Positions 37,091-50,789 of a DNA stretch of 64,000 bases are shown here, in pieces (position 1 is the first letter of the stretch; every line of letters starts with the position of its first letter). A program made the translations under genes and the position numbers. The notes beneath the pieces were generated by a model that had not been told where the DNA came from, ran no database searches, and worked only from the letters and a program-made list of their open reading frames with translations. This stretch comes from Mobula hypostoma (lineage: Eukaryota): positions 95,048,001-95,112,000 of the forward strand of contig NC_086107.1 in the NCBI RefSeq assembly GCF_963921235.1, read 5' to 3'.

Positions 37091-39336
37091 ATGCCCCCTC
37101 TCTCCCCACCAGGGGTTGGACACTGATATCTACGGTACCCACTCTCTCCCTCCCCTTCCACTCTCCCGTCTCTTCTACCGTGGGAGAAACACTTCAAGCT
37201 GCCTCCCCACCTGAGAGAGGTGTGTGACAGAGAGAGAGAGGCACACAAGAGTGCCTCGCAGAGGTCTCAATGGAGGGGAGGGAAGAGGAGAGTGTTCTGG
37301 AGCCAGGGTGGGTGGGGAGAGGTTGATGCCATTTGGCCCTAGAGCATCAGAGGCCAAGGAGGTGGAGGGCGCAATGTGGTGCCAATGGAGGACCTTGGGA
37401 GAGGTACGGTCACATCAAGGACGTGTGTACCTGTAACCTGCTGTTGGCTGCTAAAGATCCAAAATCAGACATGGCATCAAATATACTAAATCTGAATCAG
37501 AATCAGGTTTAATATCACAGGCGTACTTCGTGAAATATGTTATTTTGCGGCAGCAGTACATGATGATAAAAAAAGTATAAATTATGATAAGAAGTTAAAT
37601 TAAAAGTAAATAGTGCAAAAATGAGAAGTAAAAGCAGTAGTGAGTTAGTGTTGATGGGTTCATTATCCATTCAGGAATCTGACGGTGGAGGGAACAAAGC
37701 TGTTCCTGTATGCCTTTAGGCTTCTATACCTTCTCCATGGTGGTAGTAATGAAAAGAGGGCACGTCGTGGGTGAGGGGGTCCTTAATGATGGATGCCACC
37801 TTTCTGAGGCATCACCTTTTGAAGATGTACTTGGTGCTGGGGGAGCGAGTGCCCATAATGGAGCTGGCTGAGTTTACAACCCTCTGCAGCAATTTCTGAT
37901 CCTGTGCAGTGGCCCATCCAACTGGACGGCGATGAGAACATCAATCAAACATGCGTCGGGTAGAAATGTTACAGTGGAGAATACCATTAGAACTAGTCCA
38001 CCCGAGAATGAAGTGGTCACGCTGTTGCTGTACTGAGGTAGTGATTACGGTCGTGCCGGGCGGTTCAGAAACCAAATGATTGAAAGGAAGTTGCTGCTCC
38101 TTAACCTGGTGGTGTGGCACTTCAGGCTTCTGTAGATGGGAGCTGTGAGAAGATGGCATGGCCTGGGTGGTGGGGATCGTTGATGAGGGGCATTGGTGCT
38201 TTCTGTTTAAGCTTATGAAGTTTACTTTGATAGGGTCGGGGATTCTGTGATACTTGTATTATTTAAGTAGACGCCTGATTCGTGTTAATCGCGGGGTCCT
38301 AGTTTTGAGAATGTTACTTCTCGCTGTGTACCTTGGCCAAGCCACCGATGTTCTTCTGGAATTAAGAATAAACTTTCCTCTTTGATAGTGCTGCTTTTTG
38401 AGGCTTTGCTTCCTGTAAATACTACTGACGGTGGGGAGGGGATGCACCCGTTACTGTCTGTGGCTTCTTACATTTCTGCATATTTGAATTGCTGGGCCAG
38501 ACCGTGATGCAACCAGGACACTTCCAACAGTGCACCCGTAGCAGTTTGTTAGTGTTCGGTGATAAGCCAAGCCTTCTCAACCTCCTAAGAATGTACAGGT
38601 AGGGTAGATCATCAGGGACTTTTTCTGTGTGGTCAGGGTATCGAACACAAGAGGGAATTCAGTGGATAGTGTGCATTCTCGTTGCCCGGCAGGACAGATG
38701 ATAGATCGTCAGGGCCCTGGGGTTTGCTGTAGAACAGAGAGACCCAGGGTACAAGTATATGGTTTCTTGAGAGTGCAGTCACTGGAAAGGGGAAGAAGGT
38801 GCTTGGCACACTGGCTTTCACCATTTGGAGCACCGAGTACAGTGGTCGGGATGTCCTGTGACAGCTATACATCAGTGAGGCTGCACTTACTGGGAGTAAT
38901 ATGTGCCTTTCTGGTCACCCAGCAATATGAAGGTGGAGAGGGTGGAAGAAAAATTCACCAGGACATTCCTGGGACCGGAAGGCTTGAGTTGTAAGCGGAG
39001 ACTGGGCAATTTGGGACTGTTTTGCCTGGGGCAAACGGAACTGAAGGGGTGACCTGGCAGAGGTTTATAAAATCAAGAGGGGCGTAAATAAGGAGGGTGG
39101 TCATGGTCTCTCTCTCTCTCTCTCTCTCTCCCCCCCTCACCCCTCTCTCCCCCTCCCCCCTCTCACCCCCTTCTCTCTCACCCCCTCTCCCTCCCTCTCT
39201 CTCCCTGCAGTAGGCTGTGGAGAGAGGAAGGTGATTTAAAGGGGACCTGAGAGGTGAGATATTTCACACCAAGTGTGAGTGACATTTGAAATGAGCTGCT
39301 ACAGGAGGTGGTGGAATCTGATGCAGTCACTGCATT

Positions 39337-39752
39337 TGTAATGAGCTCCTCAGGCCTGTGTGGGGCGCCAGAGAGCATTAGGCGCTGAGGCTTTTAGAGC
39401 ACCTGAATTGGTTAATTGTTTAATGAGAGCCGTTAATTGTTTAGAGTTCATAGTGTTTTTCTCAAGCGACTCGCTCTTTGTAATGTGCTGTCCTGGTGCT
39501 TTCTGTTTAAGCTTGTTAAGTTTATTTTGACAGGCTTCGGGATTCTGTGTTACTTGTATTATTTAAGCGGACGCCCAATTAGCGCCAATCATGGGGTCCT
39601 AGTTTTGAGAATGTTACTTCTCACGGTGTCGCTTGGCTGAGCCAAATTTCTTTTGGAATTATTATGAATAAACTCTTGTCGCCGTCTCTATACAACAGAG
39701 TCTGTCTTTCCTCTACCTATGAGTTCTGATATTGTCAGCGCACATCGTGACA
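39337..39752 (+). mobile_element. Solo LTR (416 bp) inserted in a CR1 fragment
   Basis: TG...CA ends, 5-bp TSD gcatt/gcgtt, AATAAA 39667-39672; partial second copy at ~38196-38375. Confidence 0.75.
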
Positions 39753-40542
39753 GCGTTTAAGAGGCATTTAGACAGAAACAGCATGTACAAGGGCAGAGTC
39801 GGAAAACAGGTGAGAGGGATTGGGAGGGAAGGGGTCCATATGGACGTCCTGGGCAGAAGGCTGTACAACTCTGCCATCCTACTGCTTCAGGAGAGAGATG
39901 TGATGGACGCCCTCCTGTCTCACTCTTTGCCTCAATACCTGGAGAACTGAATCAGTCTCAGGTGAGTGACGTGCATCACAAAATTTATTGTCTCGTAGCA
40001 GCAGTACAGTGCAAAATATAAAAAATTATTAGTGATCTCCAGACTACTTCCGGTGCCACGGGCTAGTGCGGGTAGGAATGGGGTGATAGCACGGATGAAT
40101 GAGTAGCTGAGGAGATGATGCAGGGGACAGGGCTTCAAGTTCTTGGATCATTGGAACTTTATCGGGGGGGGGAGGGGTGACCTGTACAGGAGGGACGGGT
40201 TGCATCTGAACTGGTGGGGAACCAATATCCTGACTGGGAGGTTTGCTAGTGTTGCTCGTGAGGGTTTAAACTAGTTTTGAAGGGGGCCAGGAACTGGAGA
40301 CCCAGGTCATTAAGAGAAGGATCAGACCAGAAGGTGGATGTCAGGGAAAGTATTGAAAGGCAAAATTGAAATAACAGGTATGATGGATCAGATAGTTTGA
40401 AGTGTGTATATTTTAATGCTAGGGCTATTCTGGGTACGGGTGATAAACTTAGAGCATGGGTCAGTTCAAGGAGCTATGATGCTGTAGCTATTACTGAATC
40501 TTGATTGAGAGACGGGCAGGAATAGGTGATTAATATACCAGG

Positions 40543-41116
40543 AGCTGAGAGGTAATGTTGCAGCTATATAGGACCCTGGTCAGACCCCACTTGGAGTACT
40601 GTGCTCAGTTCTGGTTGCCTCACTACAGGAAGGATGTGGAAGCCATAGGGTGCAGGGGAGATTTACAGGAATGATGCCTGGATTGGGGAGCATGCCTTAT
40701 GAAAACAGGTTGAGTGAAATCGGCCTTTTCTCCTTGGAGCGATGGAGGATGAGATGTGACCTGATAGAAGTGATGAGAGGCATTGATTGTGTAGATAGTC
40801 AGAGGATTTTTCCCAGGGCTGAAATGGCTGCCACAAGAGAGCACAGGTTTAAGGTGCTGCGGAGTAGGTACAGAGGTGATGTCAGGGGTAAGTTTTTTTT
40901 ACTCAGAGTGGTGAGTGCATGGAATGGGCTGCCGGCAACGGTGGTGGAGGCAGATACGATAGGGTCTTTTAAGAGACTTTTGGATAGGTACATGGAGCTT
41001 AGAAAAATAGAGGGCTATGGGGAAGTCTCGTAATTTCTAAGATAGGGACATGTTCAGCACAACTTTGTGGGCCGAAGGGCCTGTATTGTGCTGTCGGTTT
41101 TCTATGTTTCTATGTT
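40543..41116 (+). mobile_element. 5'-truncated CR1 3' fragment
   Basis: LYRTLVRPHLEYCAQFW...GKFFLLRVVSAWNGLP; ends in a tttctatg repeat tail. Confidence 0.85.
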
Positions 41117-41352
41117 TTTGAAGTTTTAGAAAAGATGATGGAGGAAGTAAAAGAGAGGATGGAGTTACACTACTAATCAGGGACAATATCATAGCTGCAC
41201 TTAGGAGAGACATAGTGGAAAGATCAGACAAGTCCATTTGAGTGAAACTCAGGAATAGGAAGGGTGCAGTCACACAGATGGGATTGTACTACAGACCCCC
41301 CAATAGCCACCAGAACATTGAGGAATAGATATGTAATCAGATGAGGGAAATG

Positions 41353-43603
41353 ACTATAATATGATAAGTTTTAATCTACAATTTGAGAGGGAGAAGGGAA
41401 GATCGGAAGTGTTAGTATTACAGTTGAAGAAAGGAGACTATGGACCCATGAGGGAGGAGCTGGCCAAAGTTGACTGGAAAGATATCCTAGCAGGGATGAC
41501 AGTGGTATTTCTGGGAATAATACAGAAGGTGCAGGATCAGTTCATTCCAAAGAGGAAGAAGGATTCTAAGGGGAGTAAGGGGCGACCGTGGAAGACAAGG
41601 GAAGTCAAGGACAGTATAAAAATAAGAGAGAGGAAGTATAACATAGCAAGGATGAGTGGGAAGCCAGAGGATTGGGAGACTTTTAAGGAGCAACAGAAGA
41701 TAACTAAAAAGGCAATACGGGGGGAAAAGATGAGGTACGAAGGTAAGCTAGCCAAGAATATAAAGGAGGATAGTAAAAGCTTCTTTAGGTATGTGAAGAG
41801 GAAAAAATTAGTTAAGACCAAAGTCGGGCCCTTGAAGACAGAAACGGGTGAAATTATTACGGGGAACAAGGAAATGGCAGACGAGCTGAACAGGTACTTT
41901 GGATCTGTCTTCACTAGGGAAGACACAAACAATCTCCCAGATGTAATAGTGGCCAGAGGACCTAGGATAACAGAGGAACTGAAGTAAATTCACATCAGGC
42001 ACAAAATGGTGTTGGGTAAACTGATGGGACTGAAGGCTGATAAATCCCCAGGGCCGGATGGTCTGCATCCCAGGGTACTTAAGGAGGTGGCTCTAGAAAT
42101 CGTGGATGCATTGGTAATCATTTTCCAATGTTCTATAGATTCAGGATCAGTTTCTGCAGATTGGAGGGTAGCTAATGTTATCCCATTTTTTAAGAAAGTA
42201 GGGAGAGAGAAAACAGGCAATTATAGACCAGTTAGTCTGACATCAGTGGTGGGGAAGATGTTGGAATTAATTATAAAAGATGAAATAGCGGCATATTTGG
42301 ATAGCAGTGGCAGGATAGGTCCGAGTCAGCATGGATTTATGAATGGGAAATTATGCTTGACTAATCTTCTGGAATTTTTTGAGAATATAACTGAAAATGG
42401 ACATGGAAAAGCCAGTGGATGTAGTGTACCTGGGCTTTCAGAAAGCCTTTGATAAGGTCCCACATAGGAGGTTAGTGGGCAAAATTAGAGCAAATGGTAT
42501 TGGGGGTAGGGTGCTGACAGGGATAGAAAATTGGTTGGCAGACAGGAAACAAAGAGCAGGGATTAATGGGTCCTTTTCAGAATGGCAGGCAGTGACTATT
42601 GGGGTACCGCAAGGCTCGGTGCTGGGACCGCAGCTATCTACAATATACATTAATGATTTAGATGAAGGGATCAAAAGTAACATTAGCAAATTTGCAGATG
42701 ACACAAAGCTGGGTGGCAGTGTGAAATGTGAGGAGAATGTTATGAGAATGCAGGGTGACTTGGACAGGCTGGGTGAGTGGGCGGATGCAGTTTAATGTGG
42801 ATAAATGTGAGGTTATCCACTTTGGTGGTAAGAACAGGATGGCAGATTACTATCTGAATAGTGTCAAGTTAGGAAAAGGGGAAGTACAACAAGGTCTAGG
42901 TGTCCTTGTACATCAGTCACTGAAAGTAAGCATGCAGGTACAGCAGGCAGTGAAGAAAGCTAATGGCATGTTGGTCTTCATAACAAGGGGAATTGAGTAT
43001 AGGAGCAAAGAGGTCCTTCTGCAGTTGTACAGGGCCCTGGGGGTGAGACCACACCTGGAGAATTGTGTACAGTTTTTGTCTCCAAATTTGAGGAAGGACA
43101 TTCTAGCTATTGAGGAAGTGCAGTGTAGGTTCACGAGGTTAATTCCCGGGATGGCGGGACTGTCATATGTTGAAAGATTAGAGCGACTGGGCTTGTATAC
43201 ACTGGAATTTAGAAGGATGAGAGGAGATCTGATTGAAACATATAAGATTATTAAGGGATTGGACACGCTAGAGGCAGGAAACATGTTCCCGATGTTGGGG
43301 GAGTCCAGAACCAGAGGCCACAGTTTAAGAATAGGGGTAGACCATTTAGAACGGAGTTGAGGAAAAACTTTTTCACACAGAGGGTTGTAGTTCTGTGGAA
43401 TGCTCTGCCTCAGAAGGCAGTGGAGGCCAATTCTCAGGATTTTTTCAAGGAAGAGTTAGATAGAGCTCTTAAAGATAGTGGAGTCAAGGGATATGGGGAG
43501 AAGGCAGGAAAAGGGTACTGATTGTGAATGATCAGCCATGATCACAGTGAATGGTGGTGCTGTCTCAAAGGGCTGAATGGCCTACACCTATTGTCTGTTG
43601 TCT
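41353..43603 (+). mobile_element. 5'-truncated CR1 LINE with RT domain, relatively young
   Basis: KSPGPDGLHPRVLKE, NYRPVSLTSVVGK, FQKAFDKVPH, GVPQGSVLGP, KFADDTKLGG; few frameshifts; ctattgt tail; TSD aaatg. Confidence 0.92.
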
Positions 43604-45259
43604 AAATGTGTAAAAATAATAGGGTTGTTGTCATGGGGGATTTCAACTTCCCTAATATAAACTGGGACCTTAGTGCAGGGGTTTAGATGGGGAAGAATTT
43701 GTTAAGTGTATCCTTGAGGGTTTATTAAATCAATATGTGCACAGTCTGACAAGAGGAGGGGCCGTACTGGGCCTGGTGTTGAGCCAGGCCAGGTGACTGA
43801 CCTTTCAGTGGGTGAGCAGTTAGGGAACGGTGACCTGCAGGAGAGTTTTAAATTGGATTAGGGCAAATGACAAGGGCATTAGGCAGGAACTAAGAAGCAT
43901 TATTTGGGAACGCCTTTTTTTCTGGCAAATCCCCATCAGACATGTGGAACGTGTTTAAAGATCAATCGCACAGAGTGCAGGAAATATATGTTCCTGTCAG
44001 AAGGAAGGATGAGGATGGAAAGTTCAGAGAACCTTGGATCTCCAGAGAGGTGATAAATTTAGTTAGGAAGAAAATGGAAATGGTATTTAAAGCTTCGGAA
44101 GTTAGGGTCAAATGGAGCACATGAGGATTATAAAGAAGCCAGAAAAGAATTAAAGAAGGGAATTTGGAAAGCCATGAAAAGGCATTAAGATGAATCCCAA
44201 GGCATCCCAATGCATCATGAGCAAGAGGATAACCAGGGAGAAGGTGGGACCACTCAAGGATAAAGAGGGGAACATTTGCTTGGATGTGGAGAATGTGAGT
44301 GAGGTACTTAAAGAGTACTTTCTTCAGTATTTACCAAGGAAAAGGATATGGAGCAACAGCGGGTCAGTGCTGAGTGTAAAAAATATGTTCGGGTGTTTAG
44401 AGGTCAAGGAGGGGGAAGTGTTGGGCCTCCTAATGAGGATTAGTATCAGTCCCCAGGGCCTGATGGGACTTAAAGGAGGCAAGAGACAGAATTGCTGGGG
44501 CTTTGACCAGTATCTTCGTGTCCTCTCTAGCCACAGGCGAGGTCCTGGGGGACTGGCAAGTGGCTAATGTACCTCTATTCAAAAAGGGAACAAGGGAAAA
44601 CCCTGAGAACTATAGACTGGGGAGTCTCATGTCAGTTGTTGGGGAAATTGCTGGAGAAAATTCTTAGGGATAGGATATGTGAACATTTGGAAACCCTTGG
44701 GCTAATTAGAAAGACCCAACATGGCTTTGTGTGGGGCAAGTAGTGTTTTACCAACTTTTTTTTGATAATTTTGACATGGTGACGAGAGAGATTGATGAAG
44801 TTAGGGCAGTGGATGTTGTCTACATGGAATTTAGTAAGGCATCTCACCAAGTCCCTCATGGGTTAATTGCCAATGTTGGGGCAGTGGTGGCGAATGGTGT
44901 GTCCAATGCCTGATTGGGGGCAGGAGAGGATGGTGTGTTTGGGAGAGAAGAGATATTCTGGACGGAAAGTTCACCTACCTCCTCCAGACATGGGAGAGGG
45001 ATAGCAGAGGCTGGATGGATGAAGGGCCACATAGAAGCAGCCTATGCCTTTGAGGCAAATCGGTGGTGAGAGCTTCCCACTTGTGATCTGGTGACTGAAG
45101 CTCTCCATCCAAGGACTGTGGAGAAAAGCCACAGAGTTTCACAGTGAATTCCAATTTATGGAACACGGACAATCCACAGGGATATCATGTATGATGTAAA
45201 TACGGATGTCAATAAACAACACAGCTGTTCAAAGTGGCTCACAAGTTCCTCTTCCTCTT

Positions 45260-45745
45260 CCAGGGATCTGTTATTCTATATATAACCCACCCAGCCCCAC
45301 CCCCGAACCCTGTATTAGCCCATAGCCTGTGTCCTACTCCAGGGATCTGTTATTTTATATATAAACCCTGTGAAAGCCTAGATTAGATCCCAGTTTGTAA
45401 CTCATTCACAGAGATTTATTATCCTATATATAAACCCCGATCCCCTGGATTAGATCTCAGCCTGTAATCCACTCCAGGGGATCAGTTATTCTATACGTAA
45501 GCCCCTAAACCCCTGGTTTAGATCCCAGCCTGCAATCCACTCCCAGGGATCTGTTGTTCTATATGTAAACCCCCAAATCCTCTGGATTAGATCCCAGCCT
45601 GTGACCATTCCTGAGGAATTGTTATTCTGTATACCATATAAACCTCTGAACTCCTTTATTAGATCCCAGCCTGTATCCCACTCCCAGGGTTCTGTTATTC
45701 TATATGGAAACCCCTGTATTAGATCCCAGCCTGTATCTCACTCCT
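45260..45745. repeat. Degenerate ~60-75-bp minisatellite
   Basis: Recurring cagggatctgttattctatat...gattagatcccagcctgta. Confidence 0.85.
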
Positions 45746-47829
45746 GTTGATCCCTGTATCTTCTCTCCTACATATCCCTCCATTTTTCTTTGTCTATGCT
45801 ATCTCCATCTCGTTCCCTCCCCTCTCCCTCTCTGTTTCCCTACCCCCATCCCATATATCTCTTGCTCACCCTTTCTTCCTCTCTCTCGCCATCTCGTTCC
45901 AATGCTCCTTCCTGCTCTCAGTACCTCTCCCACTCTCTCTCTCTCACTGATCTGCTCCCCATCTCTCCAACTCTCCCACTCTCCCCTTCCCAACCTTCTT
46001 TCCTGTCCCTTGCTTCTCCCCTTCCCAACCTTCTTTCCTGTCCCTTGCTTCTCCCCTTCTCAACCTTCTTTCCTGTCCCTTGTTTCTCCCCTTCTCTCCC
46101 ATTTTTGTCCTACCTCCCCCTCCCTTCCCTCTCTCTTCCACTATCTCCCTCCTTCTCTCTTTTTGTCCCTCTCTTCCTCTCCCTCTCCCAGTTATCCTGC
46201 CAGTTCTGGAACCCAGTTTCTGGGTCTCCATCCCAGTGCATCGCCCCACCGGGCACTGGGATTACCGTACTGGAATGGTGTTTGTACACCTCATCTCCTG
46301 TTGTTGTTGCTGCCCCCCCCTCCCCGGTGATGACTTCATTCTTCTTCTACATTGAGATCTTGTTCCCCACCTCCCCGACTTCTGAGGAGAGAGGGAGAGA
46401 GTTAAATGTGCTGGGGCATTGTCTGATCCCTCTTCAGTCTCTGTAAAAATGTGTGATGCAAAATGTTGTAAGGCAAAACGGAAATGTTTTGAAAATCAGA
46501 ATCGAGCTTATTATCGCTGATATGTTGTGAAATTTGTTGTTTCGTGGCAGCAGTACAGTGCAAGACGTAAAAATTGCATTAAGTTACAAAAAATAAAAAA
46601 AAGAGCACAAAAGAAGAATAGTGAGGTGGTGTTCATGGACCATTTGGAAATCTGATGGTGGAGGGGAAGAAGCTGATCCTAAATCATTAAGGTTCCTCTA
46701 CCTCCTCCTTGATGGCAGTAACGAGAAGAGGGCATGTCCTGGATGGTGGAGGTCCTAACAGATGCTGCCTCCTCGAGGGAATGCCTCTTGAAGATGTCCT
46801 TGGTATGTCCTTGTCCTTGGTGTGCCTGTGACGGAGCAACTCTCTGCCGCCCTTTCCGATCCTGTCCGCTCGAGCCTCCATAGCAGGCGGAGACGCCATC
46901 AGTCAGAATGCTGTCCTGTGGAAATCTGCTCGAGTCTTCAGTGACATACCAAATCTCCTCAGAATTCCTACGTTGTTGCACTGCAAGATGACAAATTTCA
47001 CAACCTATGTCAGTGATAGTAAACCTGCTCTATCTCCATCTGCAAGGCTGCAGTTGGCACCACTGTACCTCAAATAACGATGAGTCAGGGTACAGGAAGG
47101 AGGCAGAAAGCTTCGTGACGCAGTGAACCGATAACCTTTCTCTCAATGTTGAAAGGAAAAAAAAGAATTGGTCATTGTCTTCAGGAAAGGGGGGGCAGTG
47201 GGGATGTCTGCATGTGCTACTGTCTACATCAACGGCGCTGAGTTCGAAAGCTTCAATGAACCTCAGAATAACCTGTGCTGCTTCAAATACAAATGCTCCA
47301 TCACCCAAGAAAGCGCACCAACGCCCCTACTTCCTCAGGAAGATAAAGATATTCGGCATGTCCCCATCGACACTCAATTTTTACCAATGCACTACAGACA
47401 GCATCCTATCTGGACGCATTGTGGTTTGATTTGGCAACTGCTCTGCCTGTGACTGCAAGAAAGCAGAGAACATCAGGAAACAGCCCTCCCCACCATAGAC
47501 ACTGTCTACACTTCCCCCTGCCTTAGTCAGCATGATCAAAGACCCCACCCACTCTAGACATTCTCTATTCTCACCCCTCACATCGAGCGGAAGATACAAA
47601 AGCCTGAAATCACGTCCCACCAGGCTCAGGGACAGCTTCTACCCCACTGTTGGAAGACTTGAACGGTTCCCTGGTATGATAAGGCAGACTCTTGACCTCC
47701 CAATCTACTGTGTAGTAGCCCTTATTGCCTGCCTGCACTGCACCTGCCCGCAGATGTTACTCTTTATTCTGCATTCTGTTACTGTTTATCACGAGTCCTA
47801 CCTCAATGTAATGATGTGACAAAATAACA

Positions 47830-48815
47830 GAATGTAGAACAGTACAGCGCAGGAACAGGCCGTTCGGCTCAAAACATTGTCCTGAAGCAAATTGAAAACA
47901 CCCAAACACTAATCCCTCCTACCTACACTATTCCTCCATTTTCCTTACATCTATGTGCCTATCCAAATGTCTCTTAAAAGCCTCTATTGTATTTGCCTCT
48001 ATCACCATTCCAGGCATCCACCACTCTCTGAGTAAAAAAACTCACCCCTCACATTCCCCTTGAACCTACCCGTTCTCACCCTCAATGCATGCTCTCTGAT
48101 ATTAGGCACTTCAACCCTGGGAAACAGACACTTTCTGTTCACTCTATCTATGCCTCTCATAAGTTTGTAAACCTCTATTTACAAATGCGTGGCCAAGTGG
48201 TTAAGGCGTCAGTCTAGTGATCTGAAGGACGCTAGTTCGAGCCTCAACTGAGGCAGCGTGTTGTGTCCTTGAGCAAGGCACTTAACCACATATTGCTCTG
48301 CGACGACACCGGTGCCAAGCTGTATGGGTCCTAGTGCCCTTCCCTTGGACAACATTGGTGGCGTGGAGAGGGGAGACTTGCAGCATAGGCAACCATACAA
48401 CCTTGCTCAGGCCTCAGTCAGCATCAAAAATTGATGGACAGCTGAAGAAGAAACCTCTGTTAGATCACCACTGAGCCTGTACTGCTCCAGAGAAAACAAC
48501 CCAAGTTCATTCAGCCTCTCCTGATAGCTCATGCCCTCTAAACCAGGCAGCATCCTGATAAACCTCATCTGCACCATCTCCAAAGCCTCAACATTCTTCC
48601 TATAGCGGGGGACTGGAACTGCACACAATACTCCACATGTGGCCTAACTAGAGTTTCATAAAGTTGTAACATAACCTCCTGACTTTTTAACTCAATGCCT
48701 CGACAAAGCAAGCATTCCAAAAGCCTTCTTAACCATCTTATCGACCCGTGTAGCCACTTTCAAGGAGCTGTGAACTTGGATCCCAAGATCTCTCTGCTCT
48801 GCAACACTGTTAAGG
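47830..48815 (-). mobile_element. CR1 3' fragment interrupted by a SINE
   Basis: YRKNVEALEMVQMRFIRMLPGLEGMSYQERLNELGLFSLE. Similar CR1 3' fragments at ~960-1360 (+), 1965-2200 (-), 10900-11275 (+), 17920-18460 (+), 23840-24620 (+), 38600-39330 (+), 51945-52160 (-), 52565-53290 (-), 53550-53955 (+), 60395-60870 (-), 61170-61470 (+) and 62540-62900 (-). Confidence 0.8.
48180..48450 (+). mobile_element. tRNA-derived SINE, same head as 23430-23724 but a different tail
   Basis: Near-identical first ~200 nt; (gaa)n tail; TSD aaacctct(a/g)tt. Confidence 0.8.
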
Positions 48816-48959
48816 TGCCCTACTGATCTGTGTTAATGACAAGTGGAGCAATAGATTTTCACTGTGCCTCGGTACGTGTGACAATCTAGTGATTTGTATC
48901 TGAATCAAGTGTATTATCACTGACAAAGAGGCTTATTGAATACTGCTGCAAACAACGAG

Positions 48960-49645
48960 GGTAGAAGGTATCAGAAGTTGTGCGCAGGCGAGCAGAAACA
49001 CGGTAAATGTGGTGGTATTCATGTGAGATGAACGGCAAAACCTCGCAGGCTTGTTCCCCCATCGATTCAACTTTCAAATGTCCGATCGCTAGAAAATACA
49101 CTGCGACTGAATCAGCGTGAGATGAAAGACTGCTGCGTGTTCTTCCTGCCGGAAACATGGCTCCAGGATACCACCTCTGAAGCGGCCATCCAGCTAGAGG
49201 TTTTCATCTCTTTTCAGGCCAACAGAAACTCTGCGACTCTGCTAAGACCCACGGGGGGAGGACTGTATATCCACGCTAATAAGTACTGGTGTCTGAATAC
49301 TTTGGTAGTGTTTACCTGTGGCAGAGCTTTTAACGGGAAGTGCAAGCCCCTCTATTTGCGGGGAGGGGGGACGGGGACGGTTCATTGACATTGTGGTTAT
49401 GACCGTATACATCCCCTCACCTCTGTGCTAATGTTGGGGAGGTATTGCATGAACTCTCTGACACCATCAGTGATCTCCAAGACTCACACACCAGTGGTTT
49501 CTTTACTGTGACTGGCGACTTCAACCAAGCTAACTTAAAACAATCCTGTCTAAATTCTATCAGCATGTTGGGTTTGCTACCAGAGGTGAGAATATTTACA
49601 CCGACCTCTGTGCTACATACAAGGCTTCACCTTGGGTACTCTGAC
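48960..49645 (+). mobile_element. Non-LTR retrotransposon endonuclease remnant (Rex1-like)
   Basis: DCCVFFLPETWL, GGGLYIHANKYWC and VTGDFNQANLK motifs. Confidence 0.7.
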
Positions 49646-50789
49646 TACTTAATTTTTATGCAAACTCCTGTTTTTCTCATCCTAAATGTCAATCTTTGGA
49701 ATATATTTTATTATTTGTTAATTTATTTGCAGTAATATGACATTATACGTTGTGTGTGAGTTTTATAGTTGTGCACCTTGGTCTTTCGTTTGGCGGTGTA
49801 CATGAATGTAGTTGAATGACAATAATCTTGAACTTGGTATGTCATATGTTGTGAAATTTGTTCTTTTTAGGCAGCAAAACAGTGTGATATGTAAAAATAT
49901 GATGTTACTATGACAAGTAGAAGGCTGAGTGCTGGGTGATGAGAAGTGGGGGGCAGGGATCATGGTTGACGGACAGGAGGGTGAGAAGGGGCAGGGCCTA
50001 TGATTGACAGGAGGATATCAAGCAAAGCAAATTTAAATGACGGGTAGATAGGAAGGGGCAGGATCTAGGATTGATTGACAGATAGATGAGAAGGAGCAGC
50101 ATTGACTGACAAGGTGGATGAGACTGTTTGACAGGGGAGAAGGGGCAGACCATAGCACGGACTAATGGATGGATGAGAAGAGGATGTCACCTAGTGTTGA
50201 TTGACAGAAGAATGAGAGCGGGTGGGCCATAAAGCCCTGATGAAGAGCAGCAGCCTGATACATCGACTGTTTATTCCCCTCCATAGATGCTGCATGACAT
50301 GCTGAGTTACTCCAGTATTTTGTGCGTGTGGGCCAAAACATTGACTGACAGGTGGATGAGAAAGGGGCGGGTCTGAGGGAACTAGGGGCGGGGCATATGG
50401 TTGAATGGCAGGAGGATGAGTTGGGGGCTGTCACTGACTGGCAGCAGGATTGGAAAAGGGCGGGGCCTAAGGTTGATTGACAGGAGGATAGGTCGGGGTC
50501 TGTCATTAGAGATCTATCATTGACTGGCTGATCGTTCTGCCGAAGGGTCTCGGCCCGAAACGTCGATACTCTTTTCCATAGATACAGCCTGGCCTGCTGA
50601 GTTCCTCCAGCATTGTGTGTGTGTTGCTCGGGTTTCCAGCATCTGCAGATTTTTCCTTGTTGACTGGCAGGATGCAAAGGGGCGGAACTAATAGTTGACT
50701 GACAGGTGTGCGAGGAAGCTCGGGACATTTCATTAGCTGACAGGGTGAACTGAAGGGCAGGACTTATCAATGACTGACAGGATGACGAT

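Larger units (their letters stand above)
40030..44862 (+). mobile_element. Old CR1 LINE (ORF1 esterase end, APE endonuclease, RT start) interrupted by two younger CR1 copies
   Basis: RRDGLHLNW-type ORF1 motif ~40190-40250; YFNAR...AITES ~40405-40500; YYRPPNS ~41287; VMGDFNFPNINW ~43630; frameshifted. Confidence 0.85.

Noticed and set aside
41361..43360. Intact reverse transcriptase gene
   Set aside because: Broken by a stop and frameshifts, and 5'-truncated: a dead CR1 copy.
44990..45230. Possible terminal exon (ctcctccag acceptor, AATAAA near 45212)
   Set aside because: No recognisable coding similarity and no identifiable upstream donor; cannot be supported without transcript data.
16620..50575. 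Additional hammerhead copies at ~16630-16668, ~17782-17818, ~50236-50270 and ~50537-50566
   Set aside because: Each has substitutions in the CTGANGA or GAAA box, so they are counted as decayed repeat copies rather than ribozymes.
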